NCBI GenBank assembly: GCA_036172245.1
Contig: JAYWIR010000042.1
Span: 1,612,001 to 1,676,000 of the forward strand
Direction of reading: 5' to 3'
DNA length: 64,000 nt
DNA from: Raillietiella orientalis
Lineage: Eukaryota
The notes under the pieces were generated by a model that saw nothing but the letters and a program-made list of their open reading frames with translations, did no database searches and was not told the DNA's origin. The position numbers were made by a program, and so were the translations under genes. How positions within the stretch are numbered: position 1 is the first letter of the stretch; each line of letters begins with the position of its first letter. Positions 62,010 to 64,000 of this stretch are shown here, piece after piece.

Positions 62010-63330
62010 GCCTCGTCTGACCGTCTTCAAAAACCAGAGTTGGCACTCGGCCTGCCTTAGGATGGCAAGTTGCTCCTACAGGAACGGGCTGCGGTGGGAA
62101 ACGCGTTTGCGACTCCCCTCTTCCGTCCCTTGCTGTTTGCCTGCTCCCCTCCCAGAGAAGTGAAAAGCGGACCGAAGACCTTTTGAGGAAGGCCTTTTGG
62201 GGAACTCGCCGGTGCCAGGTCCGCTTGAATGACTTGCGCGCTTTGCGTCAGGGAGGTGTTCTTGTCCCCCTCACGCCGGAGCGGATGGAACGCAGCCGCG
62301 GTCCAGAAGACTGGCACCAGTTTCAGAATATGGGACCACTCTTTGGTGCGTGCCGGCAACATTCCTGGCCAAGAGAGCAGCCGGACTCAGAGGGATTCAG
62401 TTCGTTCCTCGTGTGCGGCTACCAAAGACTTCCCCGATGCTTCGAGAGATGGTTGCCTCGGCTCAGGACTCCGCATGGATCTCCTGCTCGCCCGCAAACT
62501 GCAGTGCCTGGATACAGGAAACAGTTGAGTTGTAGACCAAGAAGAATGGCACAGCACGAGCCTGGAGGAAACGCAATGTCTGCGGCATTCGAGTAACGGT
62601 CGCTGCTCATTGAAGGAGATGATGGAATGCCCCAAGAAGACCTCATAAGTCCAAAAAATCCCGCTTGCTGCAGCGCTGTCGTCCCTACGGGAGAAACACG
62701 AAGGAGATAAACCCGCAAGATGAAAAATGAAACCGGTAAATCTAGGAAAGAAGAAGGAATGGGGAGAATTCGTGTCAACTTGCTGATATTTGCACCCCCG
62801 CTGCTATCCCCAAAGGACCTCCCCGCTGGACGGAACTCCTGGGAATCCCTTCGGTTGGATTGGAGATCCTTCCGATTTCCACGGATAGCTTTGTGCTTTC
62901 CCTGAAGTGCCAGGAGCTGCAACTGCTGCATCGGGCTATCCCATGCGATAAGCCCTCCACCGCTGAACCAGAAGGATGGCTCCAGGCTGTGACAGACGCT
63001 GTGAAGGGGAAATCATCCTGCACCTGCTATTCGAGTGCGTTTCCCTCCAGAGTGTTTGGTAACGTTTGTCTGCTTTCCTGAACTCACTGAGAGGCAACGC
63101 GGTGAACCTGCTGAGACGCCTCTTCACTAGCGGCGGAATGTCGTCTGCAGCATCCATAGAAGCCCATTCATGCACGGTATCGTGGAGACTAAAAGCTATG
63201 ATGATGATGGCAGAGCCAGACGAACAGAGACGCCACCCCACTGGTGGCCTCGTTTTCGAGGACGACCCTATGATGGCCGCCGCATCTCACTCATCACAAA
63301 GAGGAACTTGCCGACATCCTGCAATGGAAT
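62010..63330 (-). mobile_element. Possible upstream part of the minus-strand LINE ORF2 (endonuclease end / linker)
   Basis: GHHRVV...GWRL resembles SDH..WKLN at the end of APE domains; position and strand fit the RT remnant. Weak. Confidence 0.3.
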
Positions 63331-64000
63331 AAAACTCCAGGGTTGTATCTGTGATCCCTACTCCTGCTCCCCAAACTTTTTGAAGCACTTTTTTTTGTTT
63401 CCTTTTATTTGTTTTTTGTGTCGACAGTCTTCCCCTTTTCTTTTATTTTATCATCCGAATTTTCCAAGGCATTTATTATTAAAATTTTATAATAAATTCG
63501 TCAGAATGTTTGAGGTATAACACTTGGCCGCACTGCGAAACACTCGTCTTAACCGGTGCGCAGACCGATGAGGTCCTCTCCATTGGCGGTGAAGAGGGAA
63601 TACCACATAAAAAAATTAACAAAAGAAACCAACAAAAAGAGAGGGAAATGTTTTTTCTGGGAGCGGGGGACACGGAAGGGATCACCGGTCGCCTGGAGTG
63701 GTCCTCTGCATCCTGTTCCGGATGCTGACAAGTGCTGAGTGAATGTTCCGGAATCGGGAGGCGTTCTTCATGAAGATTGTCGCCCAGTGGGTGGCATCCT
63801 TGCTGTTGTGGCCTCTTATTGGTGCGTTCCGTTTTGCCAGGATTCCGCGTACGCAGCAGAAAACTGCTACAGACGCAGCTGCACGCAGGGTGTCATTCAT
63901 CAAGAGGATCCAGAAAATGCTCTTCGGGTTGCCTACCGGGACTTGGAGGATCAAAGAAAGCCAATCCCAAACGACACAGAGGGCAGCACAGTCAATTAGC

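Overview
Eukaryotic (animal, very probably arthropod) nuclear DNA. Compact housekeeping genes with many 39-56 nt introns alternate with blocks of heavily decayed transposon DNA. Genes reconstructed by hand-splicing: RanGAP1 (+), two tandem Rbp1/SRSF3-like SR genes (-), ANAPC15 (+, missed by the ORF track, with a dead tandem copy of its first exon), an intronless TRAPPC4 (+), TRIM33/bonus-like TIF1 (-), Cyclin A (-) and TAF1 (-). Also present: a 5' U2 snRNA fragment with a target-site duplication, a COX1 NUMT, L1/Tx1-like and BEL/Pao-like remnants, perfect palindromes and an intronic fold-back. The most unusual signal occurs twice (Rbp1-A->Rbp1-B and ANAPC15->TRAPPC4): a complete downstream ORF starts only about 180-200 nt after the upstream stop, with a 3' splice acceptor just before its ATG and little room for its own promoter. 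This suggests shared-promoter or operon-like expression. All exon boundaries are manual inferences without RNA evidence; transposon calls rest on motif recognition only.
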